In this document: one piece after another, positions 1-16,404 of the stretch
Layout of the letters: each line of letters begins with the position of its first letter
Numbering within the stretch: position 1 is the stretch's first letter
DNA from: Phaeosaccion multiseriatum
Lineage: Eukaryota > Protista > Ochrophyta, other classes
Reading direction: 5' to 3'
Assembly (NCBI GenBank): GCA_965112735.1
Contig: OZ218962.1
Coordinates: 744,001-808,000, forward strand
DNA: 64,000 nt
Notes under the pieces: model-generated
What the model was told of the DNA's origin: nothing
The model's database searches: none
Seen by the model: the letters and a program-made list of their open reading frames with translations, nothing else
Program-made: the position numbers and the translations under genes

Positions 1-3000
1 CCACCATCTCCGCCACCTCGCCCCCTCCCTCTCCCTCACCCCCCCCCTCTCCCTCACCCCCCCCCTCTCCCTCTCCCCCCCCCCACCCCTCCTCCCCCTC
101 CTCCTCCCACTCCTCGTCGTACTCTTCACTGCCATCCTCGTAGGCGAAGTTCATCATCGCCGCTACTACATGGGGGTACAGCTCCTCACCCCCATCCTCC
201 AGCTCCATCTCAAAGTCAAAATCCTCATTCCCCTCCCAATCCTCCTCTCCACTGCCGCTTGCACTGCTCCATCCAGCCATTGAGTCGCTTTCACTGCCTC
301 CGACGTTGTCTGAGCCGTGCAGGGTGGCGCTCTGAAGACTGAGGTGTAGAGAGGCGGGATTTCCCTTGTAGAGATAGGGGTCGACGAGTAAAGGGTTTCT
401 GTGCAGGATGGCACTGGGTGGAGGGCTTGCCACTTCCTCTGCTTCCTTCACTCTCTCTATTGCCTTTGAGGACCGTGGGGGGCCCTCCACTTCAGTGCCG
501 CTGCTGCTACTGCTGCCGCAGCCACTACCGCTGCGCTTGCCGTCGCTGTCCCCCTTGCCGCTGCCACTGTTGCTGTTGCTGCCACTACTGCTGCTCTTGC
601 TCTCACGGATGCTGCTGCTGATGTCGGTGCCGATGCTTCGCATGCGTCTCGCGCTGGTGCTCCACAAGTGGTCTTCATAGCCCTGTACGTCGAAGCGAAA
701 GGGCTGTGCGCCGAAGTTGGCCGTAATGGGCGCGTTCGAATCCACGCCAATCACAGGATACAGAGGACGCTGCGGAGTACGGACGTAAGCACGCAAGTGT
801 GGGGGAGGGAGGGAGAGAGAGAGGCTTACAAAAAGACAGGGGGGACCCTAGGGAAGCATCATCAGTACGATTCACGGGATGGAGGGAGGGAGGGAGGGAG
901 GGAGGGAGGGAGAACAAATGACACCACGACAGCGAACGCATGGTTCAATCACATTTGATGACAAGAGAAGAAGGCAAAGACAAGACTCACGCTGAGGGCC
1001 ACGTGCTGGAATGGAGCAGCGACAAACTCCCCATTGAGGGTGAAGAAGATGGCGACCTTGTAGCTCGTCGGCTGGTGTGGAACCAACCTGTCTACCTCCG
1101 CGCACCATCTTCAGAGACAAGAGAGAGGGGGGGGCGGAGGAGGAGGAGGATGAGGAGGAGGAGGAGGAGGAGGAGGAGGTGGTGGTGGTGGTGGTGGTGG
1201 AGGAAGAGGAGCAGGAGGATTAGGAGGGCTTGTTATTGCTCAGAGAGAGAGAGAGAGAGAGGGAGAGGACAAAACGCTGTGCTACTACACATATCACATC
1301 TCTGACCTCTAGACAGATCTCTGGACATACAGCTGCTCTGGACACACAGCAGCTCTTTAGAGGCTCGAGGCTCGAGGCTAACTCACCCGGGGAGGGGGTA
1401 GTGCATCTGCATCATGGGCTTGACGAGAGGAGGGTATACGATGCCACACCCTGCATTCATCGCCGTTTCGTTCAAACATTTAAAAACAATTACAAACAAA
1501 TACGATACAATGTGCAATACAGAAGAAAAACTGAGGGATTGCGTGATGCAATTTCCTCTCACTGACGTCATTCACGGACCGACTGTATCAAGGCCACATG
1601 GACACCCACAAGGGCACCCCAGGCAGGACCACTCAACCCCTCTCCACTGACATAATCAACATCCCAAGAGCACCCATATGACCGACCGGACTGCGTCGCC
1701 TTGTCACCCATCACCCATTCCCTCTCCCTCTCCCTCTCATCCCTCTCATTGATATATGCACTGACCGACTGTGTCGCCCTCTCGGAAGGGCCTCCTGACC
1801 AAAGCGGGTGTAGGGGTTCCGTGCCCGTGGTAGAAGTACCCGTCGTCGCCATGGTAGCCCCACGAGTGCCTGCCAGGCGTAACGCCCCAATCCAACCCCA
1901 CAAGGTCAGTGACGGTACATCGTGGGTAAACATGCACACACATGCACCCGCACACGCACATGCACGCGAACACGCACGCACGCAAATGTACAGATGGGTA
2001 CGTTCAGGACAGAGGCTTGAGTGAGGAAGGAAGAGCAAGTCCGCAGCAGCCACAGCAGCAGCCGCCGTAGCAACAATAGTAGCCAAAGGCCGGCCACGAC
2101 GGACTCACCTATCCCAGCCCGGCTGCCGATTGTTCAGGAGGAAGCGGCTGCTTGCAAGCCCCACCGACACACAAGGAGCATTGCCTGCTCCTCCTCCGCC
2201 CCCCACCATTGCTTCGACTGCAGCAATGACTCCTCCTCCGCCCCCCTGCCCTGCTTCGACTGCAGCAATGTGTGCTGCCGCCCCTGCTGCTGCTGCTGCT
2301 GCTGCTGCAGGTGCTCCTTCTCCTCCTGCTCCTCCACTGTCCGCCCCTTCCTGTAGCTCTGTTGCGTCCACCCCTGCTGCCAGAGCCGCTGCCGCACCGA
2401 TAGACACTTCATAGTAGGCAATATGGCCGTAGCGAATCTCAGGCCCTCGGGGAAGCGGGCCACCCACTCCAGCAGGAACCGCAGCAGGAGGAGCCGCAGC
2501 AGCTGCGGAACAAGACGCGGAGGAGAAAGATGGCGGCGGTGTCGGGGGAGAGGAGGGCAAGACGGGACCTTGCCCTTCCCCTTCCCCTTCTTCTCCTGTT
2601 CCTCCTCCTCCTCCTCCTCCTCCTCCTCCTCCTCCTCCTCCTCCTCCTCCTCCTCCTCCTCCTCCTCCTCCTCCCGCTCCCGCTCCTCCTCCTCCCGCTC
2701 CCGCTCCTCCTCCTCCTCCTCCTCCTCCTCCCGTTGCGGGGGCATATCGCTGTCCCGCCCCTGGCAGCAGTCGGGTGAAGCCCTTCCCCACGGGGGCGGT
2801 GCCGATGAGGCGCAAGAGCTTCTGCTCCTCTGTGCACAAGGGCGTGGTCGTTTGTCCCGTTCTGTTACTCAGGGCAAGCAAATGGGCAAGCGGCAAGACA
2901 GGCATATGGACAGACAGGCAGGCAGACAGGCAGGCAGGCAGGCAGGAGGCAGGCCGGCAGGTAGAATATGTGTTGAGGCGGGGTAGGCACTGCCAATGTC

Positions 3001-4566
3001 GAAGGGGTGGTTGTGTGATGACTGAGTGCTGATGAGTGCCTGCCTGCCTACCTCCACGTGGCTCTACACAGGTGTCGTCCACGACGACGACGATGACGAT
3101 GGTGATGCTTTCAAAATTAATGGCAGACCCGAAAACAGCGAGCAAAGGGTTCATATCTGGTGGAGAAGCACTGGAGGAGTGAGCAGGGCGGCTTCTCCTC
3201 CTCCTCCTCCTCCTCCTCCTCCTCCTCCTCCTCCTCCTCCTCCTCCTCCTCCTCCTCCTCCTCCTCCTCATCCTCCTGCTGCTCCTCCTGCTGCTGCTGC
3301 TGCCCCTTGCCCCTGACTCATGCCCATCCACAGCCCCTACCAGTGTCCCCCTCCACCCCCTTCTTTAGGTCTTGTCGGCCTCGGCTCTACCTGCTCACCT
3401 TGCGGCCTCGTGCCACCACGGGAATGGCCTGTCCGCCCGCACGGCACGATCACCTCCCAAGGCGTGCTGAGAGAGCACCACCACCGGGGGGAGGGAGGGA
3501 GGGAGGGAGGGAGATGCAATAACAAGGGGGTGAGTCCTTGTGCGCGCAATACCGCAGTACCAATTCCAATGGATACTTCATCAGTCGAGAAGAGACTCTT
3601 GGGGGCCGAGAGGAAGCAAAAGAAGCGGAGTGTTTCCCAATCCTCGCGCCCCCTTCGCTTCCACATTCCTCTCTCTCATGCCTGCCATCCTTCCGTGCTC
3701 GAACCCACGGACCGCATGCTCGCGCACGCACCTTCCAAACGACAGTCACGCATCTGTCCTCCTCGGCAGCGGGCGCGAGCCAGCTCAAGGCATCCCCATT
3801 GGCGGGGGTCTTGTCGAGCTGCGAGGGCCAGGCGCTGACCATCGTCTGACAGCGCTGGCGCCACGAGGAGGGGAAGGCCGGGGCAGGCGAGGCCGGAGGA
3901 CTCTCCTCTGCTTCACCGATGGGGCAGAGCGGGGCAGGGAAGCGTCGGGTGTGGGCAGGGGCGGTGCAAGAGCGGGCATGCGAGGGATCCATGGGGCATA
4001 CAGGCGGGGGGTGAGGAGCTTGCCAAGGAGGAGAAGGTACGAACACCGAACATGACATGGATGAATTGATCATTTCCTTTCGTCCACTCCGTATCGTGTG
4101 GAGTGGGAAAACAAACAAATATGGGTGGATCTCCTGCTGTGGAGGGGTTGAGGGGGAGGGAGATTAGTTTGCACCTCGCCTTACCCGCTGCATAAATGTG
4201 GCCCTCCCTGCGGATCCGGCAAGTTGTCGCCCTGTCCCACACAGCCAGGCACATCTGGAGGGCGAATGCACACGCGGAAGATTCAGAAAACGCGATTCGA
4301 GACCTTCGTGAAGAGGATACAGAAAGGCTTGACTTTTTGCTCGGCTTTTGGCTTACCTCCCTCCACACGCCGGGCTGTGAAGCCGCCTCCCTCAGCACTC
4401 TATTACAAGCCCTCAGAGCATCGACGTCGTGGAGCCAAAGGAATGGCAAGACCGCACCCAGAAGTACGTGGGGTAGCTGCAGAAGGAGGGGGCCATGTGT
4501 TTGTGACAATGGAAGTGGAACCAAAGGACCTTCAGGCCCGGGGGGAAGAGAGCTACTGCTGCTCAT
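1..4566 (-). CDS. F-box + SPRY (RanBPM/Ssh4-like) domain protein, multi-exon, 3' end runs off the window
   Basis: ATG at 4566. F-box-like LLQLPHVLLGAVLPFLWLHDVDALRACNRVLREAASQPGVW. SPRY motifs on successive exons: GGDRAVRADRPFP (~3400-3465), YYEVSIG...CVSVGLASSRFLLNNRQPGWD (2110-2420), HSWGYHGDDGYFYHG...FREGDTVG (~1765-1875), CGIVYP (~1390-1452), IFFTLNGEFV (~990-1108), LYPVIGVDS...ANFGAQPFRFDV (~680-790), then an acidic tail open to position 1. Confidence 0.85.
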
Positions 4567-4743
4567 GCTCCTGTGTTGCTTTCGTCCCTCCATATCTCCT
4601 TCTCTCAAGGAGAGCTCACGGGCGCTTTTAAGGGCCGAACCCTCGCCCCGACGATGATCCCCCCCCCCCCCCGAATCCTCGATTCCTTGACTTCAAAATG
4701 GCGCGCCAGTTGCTGGGTAAAGGTCGAGTAGCCAAAGAGAAAA

Positions 4744-7700
4744 ATGAGCTCCTTCGTGAGAGATACAGCGTCACGCGAAGCAGCTTCGGACCTGGGGAGT
4801 GGTCTCTATCCGGAGCTGCAGCGAGGACTGCGAGGCTTGAACGACGAGCAAACAGAGGCCTGGCTGATCGAATGGCACCGCGCCCTGGTGGCGGCGAGGA
4901 AGGAGGGCCGCAGGAGCGAGGCGGACAAGCTCATCGCTACCATCGGAGTGGCGGCTTTGCAGGTGTATGCGGGTATGCGCAAAGCAGCTTTAATTCAACA
5001 GTCCTTCGCTTCCTGAGGCTTCATTTCTCCTTGCCTTCCTTCTGCCCTCCCTCAAGCAGATGCCCTCGATCACCTCTCCCCACCCTTCCCTGCTCCATAC
5101 ATCCCGCCCTCCTGCTCTCTATTCCCTCACTCCTCCACCACCTGCCTCCCTAGGTGCACAGCACGGGCCCATTGCGAGCCCTGCTGCCCTCCATCTACAA
5201 AGAGGTCCTTTCCGAGTTGCACAGCGGCGCCCTGCAGAGCACAGACATTGCCTGCATCAGGGCTCTAGGCCGCCTCCTCAGGGCCTTCCCCGGCAGCCCC
5301 ACTGCGCAAGTGTTGACGACAGCGCAGGCCGTCCTCGTCGACCGTATCACCACAAGGTGGGGTTTGAGCTTGGGACCGAAGGACCTCCTCCCCCCTGACC
5401 GTGGAGACCTTTCTTTTGTGCCTGCTTTCTATTATCTGCTCCACCTCCTATGATCATCATCCAGACTCACACAAAATGACTAGCAAAGCGCCGTTCCGCG
5501 AGTACCGTATCTTGCTGCTGCCTCTTACTCTGTTCTTCGGGACCCGCCTCTCCCCCTCTGGCCTTTCTTTTTCCTTGGCTTCCTCCACTCTCTGCCGCAA
5601 CCAGACCCATCTACTCTGAGACGGCCCAGAGCTACTCCATCTATCTGGAGGCTCTGGCGGCTTGTGAGTGGGGCAGCTTCGAGGCCTGCGCCCACGAGGT
5701 ACTTGGTGTCAACACGGTCTTGTGCGATGCCGCCTTGTGGGAAGCCAGGGAAGGCGGAGAGGGGCATGTCATGAGCTTGCTGGCGCTGCTGCTCATCCCG
5801 TACTGCAGTGAGCAACGCAGGCAGGCCTCAGGAGCTCCACCACCGCCAGATACAGCAGCAGCAGCAGCAGCAGCAGCAGGAGGAGGAGGAGGCGCGCCGA
5901 GGGAGCCCCCAGCAACCCTGACAGAGGACCCACTCCTGCTGCAGCAGCTCACGCAGGTCGCTGCCGGCCACCTGGCCCTGGTGCGGGAGTCCTTCGTGGC
6001 CAAGCCGGACCCTGCAGCCCTCAGTGCGGCCGCCGCGGTGCTCGGCGCATTGGCGGGGGCAAGCAGGCAAGAGGCGGTCGTGAGTCTAGCGGTGGAGGGT
6101 ATGCTCAGCATTATCGGCCAGGAGGAGGAGGAGGAGGAGGAGGAGGAGGACCAGGAGCAGCAGCAGCAGCAGGAGCAGCAGCAGGGGCAGGGAGTGCGCG
6201 GGGAGGGAGGGAGTAGCAGAGGAAGTGGGCAGCGCCTGTCTTGCCCCACGGCCTCTCCCTCGCCTTTCCATGTGACCGTGGGCAGTACGCAGGAGGCGGA
6301 GGCGCTAAAGTACGCGTTGGAGGCCTTGAAGGAGTGTTCCGAAGGCGTGGCGCCTCCCCTGCTCAGCTTTGATTCTGTAACCGTCACCATGGCTGCGCTC
6401 CAAGCGGTCCCCGAGGGGCTACGCGCCCTCCTGGCCCGCTGCTCCAGAGGAGAAAGCAGCAGCCCTGGCGAGCGAAAGGTCACAAGGGCGCTGTGCGGCG
6501 AGGTGCGGGAAGTAGCGGTGGGCTGTGCCCGCGCTGTGGTGGGGCTACACGGCTCTCTATGGCTACAGCACCATCCTGAGCGCCTGCTGAAGGGAGTGGT
6601 GCCAGGTCTGGCGTCTCCGCTGCTCTTGGCGGACGCTGTGGCTGCATTGAAGAGGGATGGAGGGGGCGGTGAAGCGAGGAGGGTGGTGGTGGAGGTGAGA
6701 GCCACGACCGGACGACAACTTGTGGCAGTCGGAGAAAGGGTGGGGGGCGTGTACACGTAAACCTGCCCCTCTCTCTCTTACTCTCACTCTCCGGCGTTGC
6801 TCTTCCACCCTCTCATGTGTCTCTCTCAAGTGTCGCGCCTGTAGCGCACATCTCTACCCCTTCTCCTCCCCCTTCCCCTCCCCCTCCTGCTCTCTTGTTT
6901 CCTCCTGGATGATGCTCCCTAACCCTCCGCTCCTCCTCCTTCTTCTCCTCCTCCCCTTCCTCCTCCCCCCCCCCCTCCTCCTCCTCCTCCTCCTCCTCCA
7001 CCACCACCACCACCACCACCACCTCCCAGATCGTTCTCCCCGACGCAATAGACCAGCTTGCCGGTGCCTTGCGCAACCTCAATCGATACAGCGCCGCCGC
7101 TGCCCAGGGTGTCCTAGAGGCGACTCACGCCCTCATTGAGGCGGCGGGAGACGACTTTGCTCCCCATGTGGACCGCATTGGCCGACCCTTATCCACCGCT
7201 CTGGCGGCGGCTGTATCACCAACTGCTGGTGCTGCTGCTGCTCCCGATGGAGGCCAGACGAGTGGGGTAGGGCTCTACTGTGGGAAGGTGGGGGCGGCTG
7301 AGCTGTTGTCTGCGGCGTGCGCGACGGTTGCGGCGGTCCAAGGCGAGCCAACCCGCCTGTCCACCAAGCCACCCGACCAGGAGCAGTTGGTAGTACAGCA
7401 GCAGCAGCAGCAGGGTCAGGGTGGAGCATATGCGCAACCTCGGCCGATGGCATTCGCGTGGTCAATGCCGCTGTTCGAGGCCGCCGTGGGCATCGTCGCC
7501 AGGCATTGGGGAGTACCAATCGGTCCAGATGGACTGCCAGGCATGCATGCGGGGGAGAGAGAGGGGGAGGGAGAGGAACTAGCAGTGGCGGCGTATGAGG
7601 GTCTGAGCACCATCGAAGCTCTCTTGAGGGGCAAGCTCATCGCAGGCAACGCAAAGGGCTTTGCTGAGACCAACGTGGAGACGCTCCTGGCGGGCCTGGC

Positions 7701-8142
7701 GGGGAGGATGTGCGGCTGGCTGCAGCAGAGATCAGGCGTGTCAACTTGCCCGACAGATGGGTCTCCAGGGAGAGGAGGAGGAGGAGGAGGAGGAGGAGGA
7801 GGAGGAGGAGGAGGAGGAAGAGGCAAGGAGGGGGGATTGGGACAGCTTCTCGCGCTGGACTGTGATGTCCTCGTGAAGGGGCTGGAGGTCATGACTCTGG
7901 CGTCCAGTGCGGCGGTCATGGGAGATGCAGCTGTTGGTGGTACAGCACCGCCAGGAGGAGGGAGAAGAGGAAGGCGGGAAGGAGGAGGAGTAGGAGCAAA
8001 GGGGGGGCTGCAAGCCGCTTCCCTCGCGCAGGCGCTCGTGCCGCTCGTGGCGCACGCACAGTTCCTGGCCTCTCCGATGGCGGCCAGAGACGTGCCGGCC
8101 CCGCTCAAGGCCGCCTGCTTGGCCATTGTGAGCCGAACGTAG
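4744..8142 (+). CDS. Helical ARM/HEAT-like protein of unknown function, about 4 exons
   Basis: Long Leu/Ala-rich amphipathic exons at 4744-~4962, 5154-~5356, ~5604-6756 and ~7030-8142, separated by GT-AG introns with pyrimidine tracts. No specific family recognised. Confidence 0.55.
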
Positions 8143-9009
8143 AACCAACGCCCTCACCTGTGTGGTTGGGTGCGTGCGTGGTGAGTTGCCTTCGTCCATC
8201 GTGGTGTTCGTCCTTCGCCTACTGCTGCTCCGAGAAGTTCATCCCACAAACGAAGGTAGCCGCAGCTAGGGGAGGCAGGCAGAAGGTAGAAGAAGGAGCA
8301 CACAGAGGGATCGATTTAAGGATCCAACGTATGCACTGTGCGACTAGAGAAGAAACGCCGCACATTGATGATTGATTGATTGATTGATTTGATGTATTCT
8401 TGTATTGTTACGTGCTCCGAACCAAAGGGGACCCCCCGAGAAGAGAAGAAGAGAGTTGGACAAAGGAGAGTTGCAAGCCCACGCTTTGACACAACCCATT
8501 TCCTGCCATGCCGTAACCGTAAGCTTATTGGTGGATGGATGGTAGTAGATGGCCTGAATGAGGCATTGACGTTCCGTTGCGGCTACTACAAGTACAGCCC
8601 AAGAGTCAACCGATCTCTATAACTGCAACGAACGGAACAAGTGCAGCTTAGGTACGAGTCCCCGCCCCTTGCTGCTACGCAACGCAACAACACGAAGCCC
8701 GTGACCACCGTCCCCGCTACGATATCTGCTTCACCTCAAGCCCTCCCGGCCTCTCTTTGTCACGCACAGCTTGCTCCCACTCTCGCCAAGCCCCTTCTTG
8801 CTCACTTCAGTCACTTCAGCCGTAGATGGGACTGACTGTCCATCTTTCGTCCTTGAGCTTCTCCCATCAAAAACAGGTGGCCTCGCCTGGCTGGCCCCAT
8901 GTATGTATGTACATACGGCATAACTATCTGTGTACGAAGAGATTTGTGCTCCATGGAAGGAGGGGGAACAGGCAGGAGAAGGGCTGGGGGGGATATTCCC
9001 CTCACGTCT

Positions 9010-9124
9010 CCTTTGATCTTGCTTTGACCTTTGACCTCTGACCTTTGGTCTTCTTCTGACCTTGATTTGACCTTTGGCCTTTGACCTCTGACCTCTGACC
9101 TTCCTTTGACCTTTACCTTTGACC
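9010..9124. repeat. Degenerate heptamer tandem repeat (TGACCTY)n
   Basis: About 15 imperfect copies, e.g. ttgacctttgacctctgacct, lying between convergent genes. Confidence 0.85.
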
Positions 9125-9200
9125 AAGCTACGCTACGTGTGCACAAGCAGAAACCTCTCCCATCACCTGCTGCATCACCTGCTGCTGCTGCATCACCTGC

Positions 9201-9231
<31 letters not shown>

Positions 9232-9351
9232 CACAAAGCACAATCCCACCCACCTTCCCTTTCACTTCACTTCAACGCTCCGCCTTCCTATGCACAAAAC
9301 AGCCTTCCTCCTTACTCCGGGGGAAGACGACTCCTTACTACACTGTCACAA

Positions 9352-11323
9352 TCAAGCGTTTCGCTTTCTCTTGGTTCCCCAGGAGGGGAATCCGAACCAC
9401 GATCCCCGACCTTGCACTTGCTCTTGCTCCTCCTCCTCCGCCCCCTCACCGCAACCATCCGCCATCTCCTCCGCCTCATCCTCCTTGCTCTCTCCCCCCC
9501 CTCCCTCCTCCCCCTCCTCCGGTGGCACAGTTCCGCCTGCTTGAGTCAGCAGCCCCTCCAGCAGCGACAGTCTCTGTTGGAGCCGCTGCTGCACCTGTGT
9601 ATGGGCCTCTCTCCTCGTCGTCAGCAAAGCCTGAACGTGCTCGGTGCATTGTATGGCCTCGGCTTCGTTCTCTTGAACACTCTTGAGCTCCTGCTTGAGC
9701 TTTGCAATCTGCGCCTTGTCCTGCTGCTCGACAAATACGTTGGTTCAAAGACAGGGGGGTAGAGAGAGAAGGGGGGGGGGGAGAGGGAGGGAGAGAGAGA
9801 GAGAGAGAAAGGGGTGAGGGGGGGAGGGGTGGAGAGAGAAGGGGGGGGGGGAGAGGGAGAGAGAGAGAGAGTAAGGGGTGAGGGGGGGAGGGAGAGGACG
9901 AGGGGGAGGAGGCGGGTACAGATACGCCCCCTTGGGACCGACTGTACCTCTCGAGTGAGTGCCGCCTCCTTCGCCTCAGTGGTGAGCCGATCCACCTCCG
10001 CCTTTGCTTGCTGCAGGGCCTGCTGCTCGCTCGCCTCTTCACTGGTCTTGGCGGCCACACCTGCCTCGAGTCCCATGATCCTGGCCTCCAGCTTCCTGTA
10101 CATAGACCGCCCAAGCCAAGGGGAGACGGAGCAATCCACATGTGTTGCGAGCGTGTGAGGGGGGTGAGAGTCACAAGACAAAACGACCCCACCAAGCAGG
10201 AGCACCAGGGGTGAGAGAGAGAGGGGGTGATAAGAGAGGGGTGAGAGATGATAAGAGAGGGGGGGATAAGAGAGCGGGTGAGAGAGGTCTTGCTTCCTCT
10301 GGGGGGGGTCACTGAGTCACTGAGGTGCCTTGCCATGTGCCTCTACTCTTCAGAGTCCTCTTTCGTCCTTCCCTTCTCTCACCTCCCTCCCTCCCTCCCC
10401 TCCCTCCCTCCCCTCCCTCCCTCCCTCCCCTCCTCCCTCCCTCCCTCCCCTCCTCCCTCCCTCTCTCTACACCTCCACTCACCACTTGTCGTCCTCCACG
10501 GTCTTGAGTCGCCTGGCCTCGGCCTCCACCCTCACGAGTGCATCCTTCTTGTCCTGCAGCTGTATCACCAACTCGCTCACCCTCGCCGTGGCTTGCTCAA
10601 GGTCTCGGCCCTGCCTGCCCTGCTTCTCCTCACTCTCCAGCCACCTCTTTTGCATCTTGCTGATCGTCTCTTGGTGGCGAGTCACCTCCTGCTTGAGCTC
10701 ATTAATTTTGCTCTGCGCTTTGGTGTACGCGGCTAGCTGCTCCTTTGCCTTTTCCTCCTGTCGCTTGGCCTCCCTGGCCCGCTCCTCCAGCTCCTTCTTC
10801 TGCTTGTCAAGCATTTCCTTCTGCCGGTCGCTCGACTCCTGACTGACCTTTCCGCCTCCCTCCGCGGCGTTGGCGACGGCGGCGCTGGCCTTGCCTCTTG
10901 CCTCGGCGGTTCGCGCCTTGTAATCCTCCCTAGCGGCCTCTCCGGCCACCTTCACCGCCTCCAGCTCTTCCTTGAGCTCTCGTATGGCCCTGTCCTTCTC
11001 GGTCAACTGCAGCACCAATTTCTGTCGCGTGGTGTGAGCGGTACGAGGATAACAGGGTAGAGCAAGAGGGAGAGGGGCGGGGGGGGGGGGGAGGGATTGA
11101 GACCTTGAGGAAACAAAAAGCCCGCTTTACGCTTAGTTTGCTGTCCTCGATTGATCCCTTCCATTCTCCGCCAAACTCTGTGGTGATACCTTCGAGCCTC
11201 TGCTGGTCCGATCACGCCCCCCGCTTACTCAGTACGAACACCACTCACCACCACTGCGGTGTTTTCCTTCTGCAGCTCCGCCTGCAAGTAGTTGACGTCC
11301 ACATCTTCCGCCACCGTCGCCAT
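9352..11323 (-). CDS. Coiled-coil protein, about 4 exons
   Basis: MATVAEDVDVNYLQAELQKENTAV (11249-11323, donor GTGAGT); E/K/Q-rich heptad exon ~10483-11020; exon ~9935-10110 (MYRKLEARIMGLEAG...); last exon ~9352-9740 ending RKRNA*. Confidence 0.75.
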
Positions 11324-11477
11324 CTTCCGCACACACTCCGGGATTGGAGACTACCGCAGCAATCTTGATCAGCACTGTAGGGAGGAGAAGGACGGGAGGA
11401 TGGGTGAGGAAGGTGAGAAGGAGGCGGGGGAGACGGGAGAGAGAGAGAAATAGAGAGAGAGGTAGAGAGAGAGACAA

Positions 11478-11514
<37 letters not shown>

Positions 11515-12427
11515 AGCGCGGAAGGAGAGAGAGGCACGGAAGGAGACGGACATCATACGCTGCCCGGGCGGAGGGTTAGACCGCGAGAGCGCTAGCCGCA
11601 CCAAAGCCTATTCCACTTCCCTTCCCTTTCCCAGGAGCTTTCACCTTTTTTTTGTTTCGCTTTCCTCTTTAAAGTCCCCTTCCTTCTCTCCTCTTCCGTC
11701 CTCAGCCACGCACCTTCTCACTTGACTATCTCCTTAACACCTGACCTCAACTTTATATAAACGGAGGAGCTGGATCTGCTTGACGTATTGACGATTGAAG
11801 GTAGAGTGGAGGGGGGAGAAACTGAAATTGGAGGCCTCCCATACTCCTTCTCATGATGCTGTGCCACCACCAAACACACACACACACACATGCGTAATTC
11901 TCAGCCCTGATTCCTCTAAGTCAATAAAACTGCCCCGCCGCCACCCTCCCTCTCAAGAAGCGGGAAGACGATGGAGCTTGTTCTCGCTCTCTTGCTGTCT
12001 TGCCCTCAGCCCCTTCGTCTTTCGCCGCTCGCCTCGCAATACAAAACAAGCCGAACCACTGGGCTTCCTCCTCCCTGCTCCCTCTCTCCTCTCCTCCTGC
12101 TCCCTTCTCCTCCTGCTTGTCTCCGGGGCTGCTCTCTGGGCCCATCTGGCATGGATGGGGTGCGGGGCGTCACCCCAGTCTCTCTTATTGCATCTGCCCA
12201 GAGAAAGCCGATGGAACACCCTCCTGCTGGCGAGGAGCCCGCTTTGGGTCGATGGGTGGGTCGATGTAGGTGGGTGACGTAGGTTCTTCCCCCCATCATC
12301 CATCGACGGACCATCATAGGGAGGGCCCTTCGAAGAGCGCCCCCCCCCCCCTCTTTCTCTCCCTCTCCCCCATGCGGCTGCGCTTCAGCCTCGCTCTACG
12401 CTTCTCTTCTGCGGGAGTCGAGGCGAT

Positions 12428-13018
12428 CGATGGTGCCCACTCGTAGCGATGGTGCCCACTCGTAGCGATGGTGACCACTCGTAGCGATGGTGACCACTCG
12501 TAGCGATGGTGACCACTCGTAGCGATGGTGACCACTCGTAGCGATGGTGACCACTCGTAGCGATGGTGACCACTCGTAGCGATGGTGACCACTCGTAGCG
12601 ATGGTGACCACTCGTAGCGATGGTGCCCACTCGTAGCGATGGTGACCACTCGTAGCGATGGTGACCACTCGTAGCGATGGTGACCACTCGTAGCGATGGT
12701 GCCCACTCGTAGCGATGGTGACCACTCGTAGCGATGGTGACCACTCGTAGCGATGGTGACCACTCGTAGCGATGGTGACCACTCGTAGCGATGGTGACCA
12801 CTCGTAGCGATGGTGACCACTCGTAGCGATGGTGACCACTCGTAGCGATGGTGCCCACTCGTAGCGATGGTGACCACTCGTAGCGATGGTGACCACTCGT
12901 AGCGATGGTGACCACTCGTAGCGATGGTGACCACTCGTAGCGATGGTGCCCACTCGTAGCGATGGTGCCCACTCGTAGCGATGGTGACCACTCGTAGCGA
13001 TGGTGCCCACTCGTAGCG
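12428..13018. repeat. 19-bp minisatellite (GATGGTGMCCACTCGTAGC), about 31 copies
   Basis: Head-to-tail units differing only by one A/C site; no spacers; just downstream of the stop codon at 13065. Confidence 0.97.
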
Positions 13019-13064
13019 AGAGGTGGGGGGGCTTATCTTGACGAGAGGGCCAGAGAGCCCCCCC

Positions 13065-15870
<2,806 letters not shown>

Positions 15871-16300
15871 CTCCCCCCTTTAGGTTCTGCCACTAGTGGG
15901 GAGGGGAGCGAGCATTAAACGCATAAAAAGGGAAGAGAAGATCGAAGACGGGAACCCGTTGAGAAGAGATTACTATGTCAATGATAGTGATTTTTCGTGT
16001 TGGTTCTCCGAGAGACGCCAGTCTGCAAAGATGGCTGCCTTGCACCGACCCCCCTGCCGTCTTAGCCTCAGCCTGCTTGGCTTGGCAGCCCTGTAACCGT
16101 CCGCCTTGTCAGCCCCACCCCCGGTCTGCTTCCCCAGGCCGGGGCCACCGCGCGACTTCCTTGACTTGTTGATTCATTCCTCACAACACTGCAGAAGCAG
16201 TCGGGGAAGAGCGCACACCCGGATGGACGACGACAACCCACCACGCACGCACGCACACACACACGCACACACACACGCACACATACACACACACACACAC

Positions 16301-16404
<104 letters not shown>

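Noticed and set aside
12428-13018. CRISPR array, or a coding repeat protein (RYEWSPSLRVVTIATSGHH)n
   Set aside because: No spacers and no cas genes in a eukaryotic context; the ORFs arise because a stop-free 19-mer cycles through all frames.
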